64,000 nucleotides of DNA from Podarcis bocagei (lineage: Eukaryota), in NCBI GenBank assembly GCA_964188305.1, contig OZ076899.1. One strand, written 5' to 3'. Positions 49,610 to 62,752 of this stretch are shown in pieces. Each line of letters opens with the position of its first letter. Position 1 is the stretch's first letter. Made by a program: the position numbers and the translations under genes. The notes under the pieces were generated by a model. That model did no database searches and had not been told where the DNA came from. It saw nothing but the letters and a program-made list of their open reading frames with translations.

Positions 49610-49753
49610 TACCCCACATTAACACCATCACTACCTGAATTTCTGAAGCCGCCTGTCACTGATCAGCACACTACACGCTCTGCAGCTGCTGCTTCTCTTA
49701 CCCCAAATACCGTGTTGGCAACAAAACTCAGCAGTGGGCCAACACTAATAAAG
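49610..49753 (+). CDS. MRTFB: MRTFB exon (YPTLTPSLPEFLKPP...GPTLIK)
   Basis: Long pyrimidine tract plus cag, donor gtatga, 144 nt, phase 0-0; PEFLK and GPxLIK motifs. Confidence 0.92.
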
Positions 49754-52418
49754 GTATGAGAAAACAGTCATGCTTGATTTGTTTGGTTTATTTACTCTAT
49801 TAACAAAGAAAAATCTCACAACAGGAGAGGTGAGAAATATTGCCAAATTCCTGTACTAGTATTATGGATCTTGCAAGACAGACATTTGAAAAATGAAACA
49901 GCATAAGTAAAGATAACTTTGTATAAGTACAGGTGCCACTGAAGCCATCACAGAAGAGTACAAATCATTCTCAAGTTGTTATTTGGCTGATATGTTAATT
50001 TTAAGCACCACGTTTTTGCCAGAACCCAGTTCTATACATTAAAGTAGAAGGTACTTCTGAAGGAAAATAAGTGATGTAAAAATGTATGACATTTACAACG
50101 TTTACTGAACAGTTATTTGTAGTTGGACTTATGGTGGTGGGTTTTTTTTGCAAGTGTGTTCCCGACACTGCATTTTCTGAGATGATGTGGGGGAAAGTAG
50201 GATGTTGGCAAGGGATGTTCAGCTTTCCTTGAAACACACACACACCTACGCACAAAGCCTTGCATTTCAGTGTCAATACAGATTTAGTTTTGCTATCTCC
50301 AAGGTTTATTATTATGCCAGCTGGATTAGTGGCCTTCAGAGGATTGCAGGCAAGGACAACCCTCTGCCAGTTCCTATAAAATTGTTTTATAAGACATTTC
50401 CCGCAGTCAAATAGACACAGTGGTGATGTCACCTGTAACCTAACCCAGCTTTTCCTGCAGTGGTTAGATTTTAAAGATCAAGTATCACCTAAAGCTGTGT
50501 AATGCAACAGATCTCTGCCTTGTGAGGCAACTGTCCCTAAGAAGGGACAGGTAATTATTGGGGAGTAGGATAGTTGGATATGCCAATATTTGTGCCCTAA
50601 CAAATACAAGCCAATGCTGCCTCTGCATCACATTTCCACCAACACTTACTGCTCATCTCTAGCATTTAGGAAGCCACAGACTGGAACTATCTAAGTTTGC
50701 TATGCTTTGGAGAGTTTGCTTAGCAAAATAGTTAACAGCATGGGTTTAAGCGAACTGAACCTGCAAAGGGTATCTGGAAGATGCTACCAATATACACTGG
50801 CAGTTATTGAGGACAAGTCAGAACTTTGCAGGGTTGTGAGCAGATGGAACTTTGTGCAGGGAATGTTTTGCATGTGTAATGGGAGTCCCCATTTTCTCCA
50901 CTCCAAGTGCTAGTTCCAAAATGCAGCTGGTAGATACGTAAGTTCAAATGTGTGTGGGAGCCTCTGTGGACATATGAAACATGTGGACATATGGTTTCAA
51001 ATTTGGAAGACTTGGGGAGGGGACTTTTGGATATGGTTAGCATAAATAGGAGACTAGTGTTTTTGATTAGTGAATCTGTGCTATAGTTGTTTTTTAATTC
51101 TTGATTGAAGCCAAGTCAGTTTGTTGCAGTGGTTGTGAGGAATTTCCTTAATAAAGTTCCTGTAACTGTAATACTGGACTGTGATCTGCCATTTTTGTTT
51201 ATAAACATGGCCTGCAGCCCAACAAAAAAAAAGTTGACTATTACATTTGCTTTCTGTTCTCATTCATGATTATTTGTTCCAAAGCTACAAATTATTACAG
51301 ACTAGTAGGACAGTCTGCACATTCAAATTGCTAATTGACACATTTGAAGCATCCTTCAGAGGCTCATGAAAACCAGCCAAGGTGATGCATCTCTATATAG
51401 CATAAGAACGTGTCTAATTCTCTTTTAAAGCCAGCCACATTCATGGCCATCACCATTTGAGAGAGGGAAACCTATTTTCTCCAAATCATGCATAATATAC
51501 ATCTCTATCCTAATGACCCCTTACTCACCTTTTCTTTTAACTAAGAAGTCCCAGATATTGTAACCTTTCCTCATAGGGAAGTTTCTCCACCCTCATTTTC
51601 ATTGCCCTTTCTGAACTTTTTCTAGCTTTACTCTCGTACAGTAGATGCAGTATCTGTCATTGGTATCTAAATAGAAACAATGCAACAAGAGAATCACAGC
51701 AAATAATGCAAGAAGAGAAGCACAACATGCACAATGACTGCTATGAACCCCTAAATCCCTTTGCCTATCCTTCTGCCTATCTATTGTGCTAAGGATGGAG
51801 AACCTGTCAACCTCTGGATTCTGTTGATCTCCCACCAGCCCTAGCTAGCACAGCTAATAGCTGGAGATGATGGGAGTTACAGTTCTGCAACCTCCAAAAG
51901 GGGACAAGCTCCCCACCCCTGCTCTGTACAGTTCTCTGAATTAGACAACCTTTAATGTTCTGGTATATTCGATCCCACTGGAAAGCAGTGGGGCTTGTAT
52001 TCAGTGCTGAATTTAAACAGTGCCAACTGTAAATTCCATTGCAAAGGAACCTTTGGGAGTGCATGCTAAGCCGACTTGCATTCAGTGTTGTTTAAATTCA
52101 ACACTGAATGGACAAGCCAGCATCCTAGTGTTCACTGCTAAAATCGCTCCTGCTCCACTCCTCATTTTTGTTTGGAGAGAAACAAATCACAAGCACTGGT
52201 TTTCATAGAAACCTAAGCAAGTGCTCTTGGCTTCTTTGGATACAAAGAGCCATAAGCGAAAGGGAAATCACTATGTGTACTTTTGCAGAATGACATCTTT
52301 GGGTTTAGCTGCACTGCTCTTACATGGCATTCTATTGCATGGTGTAAAATATCCCTTCCATGAGCAGAAGGGAACCTTTGGCTCCAACTCATTGTTTATG
52401 TTGTCTATCTATGAATAG

Positions 52419-52666
52419 CAACCCCACCCCAAGAACCCAAGTGACAAACCTCGGAGCAAGAAAAGCAAAGAGCCAAAGCCCAGAGTGAAGAAACTGAAGT
52501 ACCATCAGTACATTCCACCTGATCAGAAAGGTGAGAAGAATGAGCCACAGATGGACTCCAACTATGCTCGCTTGCTGCAAGAACAACAGCTTTTTTTGCA
52601 ACTGCAGATCCTGAGCCAACAGCAGCAGCACTACAACTACCAGACGATTCTTCCTGCACCACTCAA
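52419..52666 (+). CDS. MRTFB: MRTFB exon, basic and Q-rich domains
   Basis: QPHPKNPSDKPRSKKSKEPKPRVKKLKYHQYIPPDQK...LQLQILSQQQQHYNYQTILPAPLK; donor AA|gtatgt, phase 2. Confidence 0.96.
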
Positions 52667-54239
52667 GTATGTGAAGCTTTGTCAGTTTTCCCCCCTGTGT
52701 GGGAGAGGGGATGGTATTTAATAGGGAGACATATCAACTGCTATGCTTGCTTTGGTGTTTTGGGGCTTGCAGTCAGTTTTGGGGAGAGAGTAGGTTTCTG
52801 AACTACAGAAGAATTCTGTTGGAAACAAGGGAATTGAGGAACACAGGACTTGTCTTACTTCTATTTCTTCTGAAGGTTTTTGAAGCAAAGGAAACCTAGT
52901 TTGATAGGCAGGGGTTGCCATCCTCTTAAACCCCCCCCCCCCACACCAAACTTGTTTCGTCTGGTTAAAGAGAGAGAGAGAACATAAAGCCCAATCATAT
53001 GATCTGCTATGCTAGGCAAAAATGGATGCATCAACAACCCCCAACCATAGCACATTGCAGCAATTTAGTCCAGGACAACAGTACTGTTTAAAGCCTTGCA
53101 CATCAGATGTATATAGGATAGCAAAGGCAAGGTGGACACATGATGGTATAAAGCAAAGTTCTGGTCACATAGGAACAGCTCCTTGATCTTCACCCCAAAT
53201 GAAGTGTCAAATCCCGTTATCCAAACAAAGGACTAAACTTAGATGGAGCATTAATTGTGTGTGCTTTCTGCAATGTATGTAGCAGCCTTCAGACTATGGG
53301 GATGGGGGAGATTACTCTTTCTCTCTCTGCTACAGCACAGATAAAAATTGCCTGTCGAAAGCTGCTGTCTGTGTTACAGCCAAAAGGAGCTTCCACTGAA
53401 ATGCGTATTGAACCTGTGAAGAGGCAGTGCTGTTGTTGTTACCATGACAGGGGTAGAGGAGTTAAAATTCTTTTCCCCATCTCCCACAGCACTGAGGCTG
53501 TTCAGTCTTTCCCATTGTTATTGTGAGAAAAAACTATGTATGCTAATTGCATGGGCGCAATTAACATCAAATCTTGTTTAGTCCAGATGATGCTTCCGAA
53601 GTGTAGGCTGGGACTGTTAATCTGGACGGTTAATCTGTTGCAGGCAACAGGCCTTTGCAGACACCCATAGAAATGGGGCTTCCAATCCTTACCATCAGAG
53701 ACAAAGGGCTGTCTTGTCTCTTATGCACACAGCATTTCATATTAAACATGTATTGTATAAGTATGTAATAAATGCCACTACAGGCATTCTCAAGGATAGC
53801 TATTTTAGTGTCTAAAGATAGGCTTTCTGCTTCTCTGAGATATTTACTGAAGTTATTATCCTGATAGAAACTGGGAAGATCAAGGCCAATTTTCATGTAC
53901 CACCCACTCCATGAAATGTGAATTGTCTGGATTCACATTTCAGCTGAGCCAATGAGGAAGCAGTACAAAGTGCTTTACAAATTCTTACTTTATTTCAATA
54001 CAAATTCCCTCCAGCATTTTTAAACAAAGGCCCTATTGTTATGCTAACAGAATAAAATATATTTTAAAGTAACAAATGGTTTGGTCATTTTGCATTTCTA
54101 GTGGTATACTCTGACTTGTGCAGCATATATAAAATACTTCATAGTTAAGTGGAAAATCACTTCCCATTCAAGGCAATGCATATTACAATGAGGTCATAGA
54201 GAAAATGGTTGAAAGCTTCAATTCCTTTTTTTCTTAAAG

Positions 54240-54393
54240 GCCAGTGAGTGACAAACAGAGCAACACCGGGAATGTACCACTGAATACTTTGAGCAATAGC
54301 ACATCTTCCGCAGCAGCCAGCACTCCGAGACAGAACAATAATATTTCCAACAGAAAACCTGGGCCCCTGCCTCCTAGCTTGGATGATTTAAAG
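54240..54393 (+). CDS. MRTFB: MRTFB exon (PVSDKQSN...RKPGPLPPSLDDLK)
   Basis: Acceptor ttttttcttaaag, donor gtaaaa; phase 2-0; begins the SAP domain. Confidence 0.94.
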
Positions 54394-54519
54394 GTAAAAA
54401 AAAAAGTGTCATGCGACCATTTCAAAAGTGATTTTTGTTTGCTTCTTATGATAGCAGTGCTTTCATGGGACCCCAAATGTTCCCAAATCATACCCTTCTC
54501 CCTTTACTCACCTTGTTCA

Positions 54520-54725
54520 TTGCTACTTGGCTTGGATTGCAGAGACCTGGGTTCAATTCACTGTTTTGCCATGAAGCTCACATGGTGACATTGGGCCAGT
54601 CCCCACCTCTCACCCTAACCTACCTCTCTGGGTGGTTGTGGAGATAGGTGTGTAGGAGTGGGAGTAGGAAGGATAGCATCTATGGCTAATTTGGGCTCCT
54701 TGGAAGAAAAACAGGATAAAAAATG
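54520..54725 (+). mobile_element. MIR/CORE-like tRNA SINE
   Basis: gagacctgggttcaattc B-box, then tgacattgggccagtc...cctacctc...ggttgtg; a reverse copy lies at about 21240-21385. Confidence 0.6.
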
Positions 54726-55297
54726 TAGTAAATTATAATTCAGGTGCTTGCCTATTAATAATTCTTCATGCATGCAAAGTTGACTGCACCTGACAACAGC
54801 TTATATTAAAAATAATAATAAAGGTTACTTTGTAAGGTGCCATCGGGCTTGCCCATTAAGTGCAATGTTGCTTTCAGTTCCGCACACATAGGGAAGGGAA
54901 TGTACATGGAGGTAGGTGATCAAGCGCCACAGTGAACATGAAAACTTTGTGCTTCCAGGAACTTCACTTGCACATTGTTGCTCCTTGTTTAATATTTTTC
55001 CACTCTTTGTCCAGGTCCTACTACTTCTTTACATTGTTCTTTTCATTGGTTTCCCCTCACTTCTCACCTTCGCTTCAACGTTTCGTGTCTCCCTGGTCTC
55101 TCTCCTCTATATCTATATTCTCTTCTATCTCTAAATGCTCCTTTCAGTTCATGCTCCACCTCAGAACACTTACTGTGCAGGTACTAGTCTTCTATTTCAA
55201 CCTAAGATTAATCTCACTATTCCTACCAGTGCCTTTTCCATTCCAGCTCCATATCACTGGAAAGCCCTTCTACCTTATATGTTTCTCTCTTGAGAAA

Positions 55298-55462
55298 GGG
55301 CTGTAGCTTTGTATGCAAGAGGCCCTAGGCACAGTCTCTGGCATCTCCAGGTAGGGCGGGGAGAGACTCCCTGCCTGAAATCCTGTAGAGGTGCTGCCAA
55401 TCAGTGTAGGCGATACTGAGCTAGATGGACCAATGGTCTCATTCATTATAAAGCAGCTTACT
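55298..55462 (+). mobile_element. tRNA-derived SINE (Squam3-like)
   Basis: gggctgtagct...ggcatctccaggtagg...actgagctagatggaccaatggtct; a related copy lies at about 57698-57880. Confidence 0.65.
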
Positions 55463-55728
55463 ACTGTACGTTCTTCTTGATCTGTTTTTTCATTCAAGCA
55501 CCTCTTAAGACACATGTGTTCAATTTGGCTTTTCCCAAGTCACTCTTTCCCCCTTTTACTTTTCTTTCTTCCCTAATTTATCTTGTCTTTAGTAATTTTA
55601 GGCACCCTATAAGTCATAATATCTCCTGTGTGCAGAAAAAAAGCAATCTGTCAGAGTTATCCTGATACTAGTTGGCTTCTTTTTCACAAATGCTTCTTTT
55701 TTCCTTTAAAAACAAAAACAAAACTCAG

Positions 55729-56754
55729 GTAGCTGAACTGAAAATGGAGCTCAAGATAAGAGGATTGCCAGTGTCTGGAACTAAAATGGATCTTATTGAG
55801 CGTTTGAAACCCTATCAGGATCTTAACAATAATTCTATCAATGCTAGTCATACAGCGGCAGTTACTCCTTCCACTAATTGTACCAGCCAGCCTGGAGAAA
55901 TAACTGCCGTATTCCCTGTTGCTACATTAAACAAGCCAATAGCTAGCTCAGTTTCCAGCTTTTCTTCAGAAACAACATCTGGTGGAACTGGCGGCAAATC
56001 AACACCTATGGAATGCATCAACTCCCCTTTGCCCATTTCCCCGTCTCCTTCAGAGCCGTCCAGTCTCAGCACGGATGACACTAACATGGCAGATACTTTG
56101 ACGGAAATCATGACCGTGATGTCTCCATCACAGTTCCCAAATGCATCACCTCCTCTTCGAGCTAACACAAATGAGGACAGTCACGGCAGTGGAAGCATGT
56201 TCGGCATGGAGCTTGATGCAGCAGAAAAGGACCGTAAGCTTCAAGAAAAAGAGAAGCAGATTGAAGAGCTCAAAAGAAAACTGGAGCAAGAGCAGAAACT
56301 CGTGGAAGTGCTGAAAATGCAACTTGAAGTTGAGAAGCGGGTTCAGCAGCAGCAACCCCAAGCCTCAGCTAATATTACACTGACTTTGAATCAGAAGCGT
56401 ATCGGTCATGATGTCAAAGAGGAAGGCACTTTAGCAGATTGCTCTGATGCAAAACAACCTGTATCTGAAGCCAACCATTCTTTAGGACAGCCAGCATCAG
56501 TGGATGTCCAGAACCTAGTTGCCAAAAAGGCTATTGTTATCAAACAGGAGGTACCTTTGGCCAAAGCTGAACCACAAAATGTCATATCTCAGTTTTATGT
56601 AAGTTCGCAGAGACAGCCACAAACTGCTGTTGTTGCCCAGCCTCAAGCTCTACTTACTGCACAAGGAACAGCACAGCTGCTACTGCCACTCTCTCTCCAG
56701 GGTCCAAATTCTGCCACTTCAATGCAACTACCTGTGGGCAGTATCCAGGTACAG
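55729..56754 (+). CDS. MRTFB: MRTFB large exon, SAP domain and leucine zipper
   Basis: VAELKMELKIRGLPVSGTKMDLIERLKPYQ (SAP) and LQEKEKQIEELKRKLEQEQKLVEVLKMQL (zipper); donor CAG|gtacga, with a possible in-frame donor at 56749. Confidence 0.95.
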
Positions 56755-58422
56755 GTACGAAAGGTTCCTCCATTTTGAGTTATTTGTCATTGTCACTTAC
56801 AATCTGATAGCCATGGGCAATTTTCTTCATGTGAATTCAGTGACTGTTTTATCTATTGTGGTTTGTTATGGATGTTGAGGGTCATCAGGGGAACCCTGTT
56901 CACCTCACAGAGCTACAATTCCTAGATTGGTTTAACAGCCAGTTCCTTTCACTATGGAACTCTGGGAAATGTAGTTCTCTGAAGGGAATAGGGGACTCCT
57001 GACTACTCTCAGACCCAAGATTCTTTGGAGGAAGTCATGACTGTTTAAAGCTGTACGATAGTGCTTTAAACGTATATTGCAGGTGGATCCTGCACTGGCC
57101 ATAGGATCTAATGTAAATGGATTCAAAAGTCATACCAGTTATTAGATTAGAGCTCTAGGTTAGGCCTCTGGTACCAGTGCAAGGGGGATTTACTGTGAGT
57201 TGCTGCTTCAACACAGTGGCTGACAGAAATATATTAATAATCCATTCTGTTATTACTATAAGAATAGTTGTTCTTGTGAACAGCTTGCCATAAAACATAA
57301 TAAGAGAAAATCTCATGTGCCTAGATGAATGCAAGACATAAAATGTGCCACATATACAAATTCTGGGATTTTCAAAAGAGAAAGAAAGAAAAAGACACTT
57401 TCTTGCAATATGTATAACTGGAAGTGGCACCAGCACACCTTTTCAGGATTTCTTAAGAAGTGCCTGGTGAACTGGCGCTAGAACAGGGAGTGATGTCAGT
57501 TAGAAAATTCATTTTAAAGAGACTTGGATTGACCAACTCACTCTCCTTCCCATATTTTTTCTAGAGCAGGGTTAATGATTACATGCACACCTTGGAATGC
57601 TCCTCTCAAGTGAGTGTGTAATAAAAAATGCATAATTTTGGCTTCACTCATTGTTTCCCTTATCTCTAAAAGATGTATCTAGTCATCTTAAGGAAGAAGG
57701 CATAGCTCAGTGGTAGAGCACATTCCCGGTTTGATGTGCGCCTTTCAAGTAATCTAAAAGGATCTCCATTAAGTGGGATGGGAGATGCATTTGTAGAAGA
57801 CCTTGGAGAGCTGCTACTTATCAGCACAGACAGTACCAGGCCAGATGGGCCGGTGGTTTGGCTCAGTTTTAGGTATATTTAAATGTCTCTTGTGTCAGGT
57901 CAAGATGGAGGGATGCAACTGAAATACATAATTGCATCACACACAATCACACACCCCTGTACTACATATACAAGCAGCAAGCACTATTTGCTTCTTCCCT
58001 CTAAAAGCTGCAAAACCGCTTTACAGAGCCACACTGACCATGACTCTTTCTCATGTAGAACAGGACAGTGAGGTTTAACTTAACAAGAGTTGTTGTGATT
58101 GTTGCATTTACCATGCAGCTCTTAATTTTCCTTTCAGCTTTCTGTTCCGCAGCTTTCAAGGCCCACTGTGACATCACAGAAGCCAAGCCAATTGAAGCCA
58201 CAGTGGTCGTAACACCTTTCTGTCCATAAAGTAGTATTTGCTGCTCATGGACTGTGAACATGCGAACCCACCATCTTCCTTAGCACTGTGTTTAGATACT
58301 TCAGGAGGACTTGATGTCAAACATTTAAAGATTCATTATAACATCCCTGGGTTTCTTTCTTTATGCATATAGTCCAGCTGAGTCCTGTACTGTGAAATCA
58401 AGCCATACTCTTTCTCCTGTAG

Positions 58423-58566
58423 GCCCAGCCACAGTCTGGCATTCCAGCCATGGCACAAGTATCTACTTCTGCTTTGTCCCAGAAAGTACCACAGATGCAC
58501 TCTTCAGCATCCAAAGAAAATGCTTCCCCACAGCATGTGCTTGGTCACACCCCACAAAACAGACAG
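58423..58566 (+). CDS. MRTFB: MRTFB exon (AQPQSGIPAMAQ...HTPQNRQ)
   Basis: Acceptor ctttctcctgtag, donor gttggt, 144 nt, open in phase 0. Confidence 0.85.
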
Positions 58567-59646
58567 GTTGGTGAATTATGAATACAGATAGACTGCATAC
58601 TGTCAATGGAACTCTTTACTTTTCTGCTTCGTTACTTAAAGTATGTGATATTCCTTAAAGTAGGATATAGCATTGAATGGGATTCATAAATTTTTATTAC
58701 ATTTCTCTGATTCTTAGGTTAGAATTTTTCCTCATATAAAAATATTAGCATAATTATCACCAAAACGCTTGAATGGAAGTCATTTTGCACTGATGAATGT
58801 GATGTACACCATTCCATTATTCTAATTATCTTGTCATTTTTGCTACGGTATCCTCAGCAATACTTAATGATTTCAGGGTTGTTGTTGTTTTTTTTAAAAA
58901 AATCAGTTGTGAAATGTACTACAACCTGCTATTGTGTCTTCTGAAAACTGCTATACTAAATTAAATCACACAGCAATGGGTAATTCTCTAAACTGCCTTA
59001 GCATTTTCATACATAAGGCTTACATACATTTCTATCCCAGTTGGTGTGCATTTGTGGTTCATTAGAGAGACATTGGTAGCACTTCATTGAGTTTCTTCTG
59101 TTTAATAGGAAACGTGCAATACCACACCTCATTCATTTTACTGAAGTGTATGCAGGAGAAGCTACTAGGACATTGCTACTACAAAAAAAACCTATGGCTG
59201 CAATCTTACATCCAACACAAATAGAGCAGGGTGTGAAATGTCCCCAATGTACTCCTTGCTTGGTGTTCCACTACCCTGCTGAACTTATATCTCCACAGGA
59301 CCATCCCTCCATGACAGGACTAGCCAACATCGGGCCCTTCAGAAGTTGTTGAACTACAGCTCCCATCTTTCCTTACAATTTATCTTGCTGACTGGGGCTG
59401 ATGGGAGTTGTAGACCAGGAACATCTGGCAGGCATCACCAAAGGTTGGCTACAACTGCCTTGTTAAGGAAGGCCTTTGTACTTTCTCCACTCCAGTGATA
59501 TTGTGCACTAGAGCATTTTATTCAATTTAAGATTGAATGTTATTATTGTTGGCCACACTAGGAGCTGCTTGATTGTTATTGTACACCATGCTCTTGAAGA
59601 AAAATAGCATGCATGAGTTTTAAATACATACATTTTGTTTTTACAG

Positions 59647-59802
59647 ATATTTCCTCCTACCTCACCAAATACAGTATTTTCCTATCAGAATCAGTCTGTG
59701 ACAACTCTACAGCAACCTTTGTTTAGTCAGACAGCAAATACCACTGTTCACTCAGGGAACCAGGTGCCCTTGGTGCAAAATGGACCCAGTGCTCCTCAGA
59801 AG
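59647..59802 (+). CDS. MRTFB: MRTFB exon (IFPPTSPN...VQNGPSAPQK)
   Basis: Acceptor tttgtttttacag, donor gtatat, 156 nt; VQNGP motif. Confidence 0.88.
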
Positions 59803-60254
59803 GTATATTCATTTTATGTATTCAGTTACTAACTTATTTAAATCATTTATTATCTTGCCATTAAGCCAAAAAGAAGTTCCTGAAACAGCTTACCGTATTT
59901 TTCGCTCCATAGGACGCTCCTGACCAAAAGACGCACCAAATTTTTAGAGCAGGAAAACAAGGAAAAAAATCTGACTCAAATTTTGTACTAAACTATTTAA
60001 AACAGCAAAGTGTGTGGCTCCTGTCCACTTTGCTGCTTTAAAGCGAGCCATGGTATATAATGAGGAGAATGGAAAAAGGACACATTCCATTATAATGTAG
60101 CTGTTTTCATTATCACTGGGAAGTCAGTATTGGCAGCAGTCACAAAAACTAAAATTTGAGCATTTTACTGTTACTAATCAAGAATATTAATAGTCAGGGA
60201 GAGAAACCAGGGCTGTGCAAATGAGAAGTGCTTGGGAGTATGGAGGAACAGCAA

Positions 60255-60255
<1 letters not shown>

Positions 60256-60314
<59 letters not shown>

Positions 60315-60388
60315 TTATTTATACCCCGCCCATCTGGCTGGGCCTCCCCAGCCACTCTGGGCGGCTTCCAAAAGAATATTAAAATACT
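60256..60388 (-). mobile_element. Short L2 3' end with (AAT)n tail
   Basis: Nearly identical to 43245-43320, preceded by an (AAT)n tract of about 19 units. Confidence 0.8.
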
Positions 60389-60924
60389 GTGAAGCTAAAG
60401 ATCAAATGATTGTGCTCCAGTTCCTAAATCTCTGAAGTTTTCTCAAAACAGGCATGGTTGTTTTGAAAGGAAGATTCGAAATGGAGTGACTGAGCAAAGA
60501 ACAGAGGAGGAAAAGAGGGCAGATAAATAGCTTCCATTCAATACCAAGAGAACACAATGTTTTTGGTTTAGTATAGGTGGACTGTACTTGTAAGAACTTG
60601 TATAATGAATTATAGAGTTGCAGTGGAATATCAGAGCCTCTTTTCAGCAGTAAAGATTAGCTACTAGGAACATGGTCCACACACACACAGGATGTCTGGT
60701 TATAGCTGTGCAGTTTAAACTGTTCCTGAGCCAGATACCTGCTCAGTTTTATCTGAAATTACTATTACTGGTTTGTGGAGATCCTTTGCATGTATTTATG
60801 ACTATTTCCCCAAAACTGCTACTTGAAGAAATCCCCAAACTTACTATTTTTAAACTTCAAATGGAGCTCAGAATCCAGTTAGGCAATCCTTTGCAGTTGA
60901 ATTAGGAGGCACTGAGAGACAGCA

Positions 60925-61785
60925 ATTTGCTGCTCCCCACCCCCACCCTCCACCCCAGGAGCACACAGCCTTCCCTCTGCTTGCAAACCTTGCAGGGACT
61001 TCAGGGGAAAGCAAAGGCTGTAGGCAGAGCAGTGTAGCTCCCCACCCCCCACCCCCCAAAAGCACCCCAGCAGCACACAATCTTCCCTCTGCTTCCAAAC
61101 CTTGTCGGGACTTCAGGGGAAAGCAAAGGCTGTAGGCATAGCAGTGTGGCTCCTCCCCCCACCCCCCAAAAGCACCCCAGCAGCACACAATCTTCCCTCT
61201 GCTTCCAAACCTTGCAAACCTTGTCGGGACTTCAGGGGAAAGCAAAGGCTGTAGGCATAGCAGTGTGGCTCCTCCCCCCACCCCCCAAAAGCACCCCAGC
61301 AGCACACAATCTTCCCTCTGCTTCCAAACCTTGCAAACCTTGTCGGGACTTCAGGGGAAAGCAAAGGGTGTAGGCAGAGCAGTGTGGCTCCTCCCCCCAC
61401 CCCCAAAAAGCACCCCAGCAGCACACAATCTTCCCTCTGCTTCCAAACCTTGCAAACCTTGTCGGGACTTCAGGGGAAAGCAAAGGGTGTAGGCAGAGCA
61501 GTGTGGCTCCTCCCCCCACCCCCAAAAAGCACCCCAGCAGCACACAATCTTCCCTCTGCTTCCAAACCTTGCAAACCTTGTCGGGACTTCAGGGGAAAGC
61601 AAAGGCTGTAGGCAGAGCCGTGTGGCTCCTCCCCCCACCCCCAAAGAGCAGCCCGGGAGCGCACAGCCTTCCCGCTGCTTGCAAACCTTGCAAACCTTAT
61701 CGGGACTTCAGGGGAAAGCAGAGGCTGCCGGCACAGCACCGTGGCTCCTCCCCCCACCCCCAAAGAGCAGCCCAGGAGCACAAGA
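60925..61785. repeat. 119-bp minisatellite, about 7 copies
   Basis: Repeating peptides in the ORF track at 119-nt spacing (61146, 61265, 61384, 61503, 61622); C-rich tracts. Confidence 0.93.
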
Positions 61786-62614
61786 CAACAGCGATTTGGC
61801 TCCAGGGAACACACATTCGCTCCATAAGACGCACAGACTTTTTCCCTTACTTTTTGGGAGGGAAAAAGTGCGTCCTATGGAGCGAAAAATACGGTACAAA
61901 GACCAGGAATGTCAGTCCCTGCCTTTAGGCTTACAATCTAAAAGATGCAAAACAAAAGGAAAAGAGATCAGGAGGGATTAGCAGGGAAGCAAACTCAGAC
62001 ACTGCTTCTTAGTTACAAAGGACGTAAAATAACCAGTCAGAATGAAAAAAGTTCAAGGACAGCAGGAGCTGGAGGTTTCTGGTCTCTCGATATAGCAGCT
62101 GCCTTTTATGCAGCTTGATGTAATAGCTTATACTTTGTTCCCCTACCCTAGAATATACATGCTCTAGGAGGTTGCTAGAGTAACATATTGGAGGCACTGC
62201 GACCATGGCATAAAAACAAGGAGGCACCCTCTCTTTTTGACCTGAGAACTTTTAAATCTCAAGACAACTTCCAAACCAGATGGGGCCACATTTAAATGAT
62301 AGGGTTGTCTCCAAAGTTAATCCTACTCAGAAACAAGTGGGTACAACTAATGCTGGTGTTCAGCAGGTGTACTCTATATGAGACCTAGTCAGATTCAACC
62401 CTAAATGCCATAGGCTACACTTACTGCACAGCCATATAAAGGGAAGTTGTTCTTTATGTGCACTTTTCATTTCCAATAGATTAATGGACATGACGTACAA
62501 GGTGCTAAATTAGCACATTATTGTTTTTAAAGGAAAGTGATGTGGATTTCTTAGTGTTTGAGAACCTTCTGCTGCCACAATTATTTTCTGACTGTTTGCC
62601 ATTGTTTCACACAG

Positions 62615-62752
62615 CTGGCCTCCCAGTCTCAACCCCAACAGTACATTTTGCAGCAATCTCTGTTCAGCAATTCAGTAACCAAGGCAAAGGACCCTCCACG
62701 GTATGAAGAAGCCATCAAACAGACCCGCAGCTTGCAGGCTTCTCAACGAGAG
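62615..62752 (+). CDS. MRTFB: MRTFB exon (LASQSQPQQ...KDPPRYEEAIKQTRS...)
   Basis: Acceptor tttcacacag, donor gtaaga, 138 nt; PPxY-type PPRYEEA motif. Confidence 0.94.

Larger units (their letters stand above)
59893..61894. mobile_element. 2-kb non-autonomous Tc1/mariner-type element with cargo
   Basis: Perfect 25-bp TIR CCGTATTTTTCGCTCCATAGGACGC; TA TSD; subterminal CCATA(A/G)GACGC-type repeats. Confidence 0.88.

Noticed and set aside
55672-55728. N-terminal part of the 368-aa ORF (MASFSQMLL...)
   Set aside because: Intronic read-through upstream of the acceptor at 55728.
57698-57735. tRNA gene (GCATAGCTCAGTGGTAGAGCA)
   Set aside because: Only the A-box head of a decayed tRNA-derived SINE; no cloverleaf.
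60868-61981. Repetitive ORFs on both strands
   Set aside because: Translation of a 119-bp minisatellite (not a multiple of 3) inside an intronic transposon.
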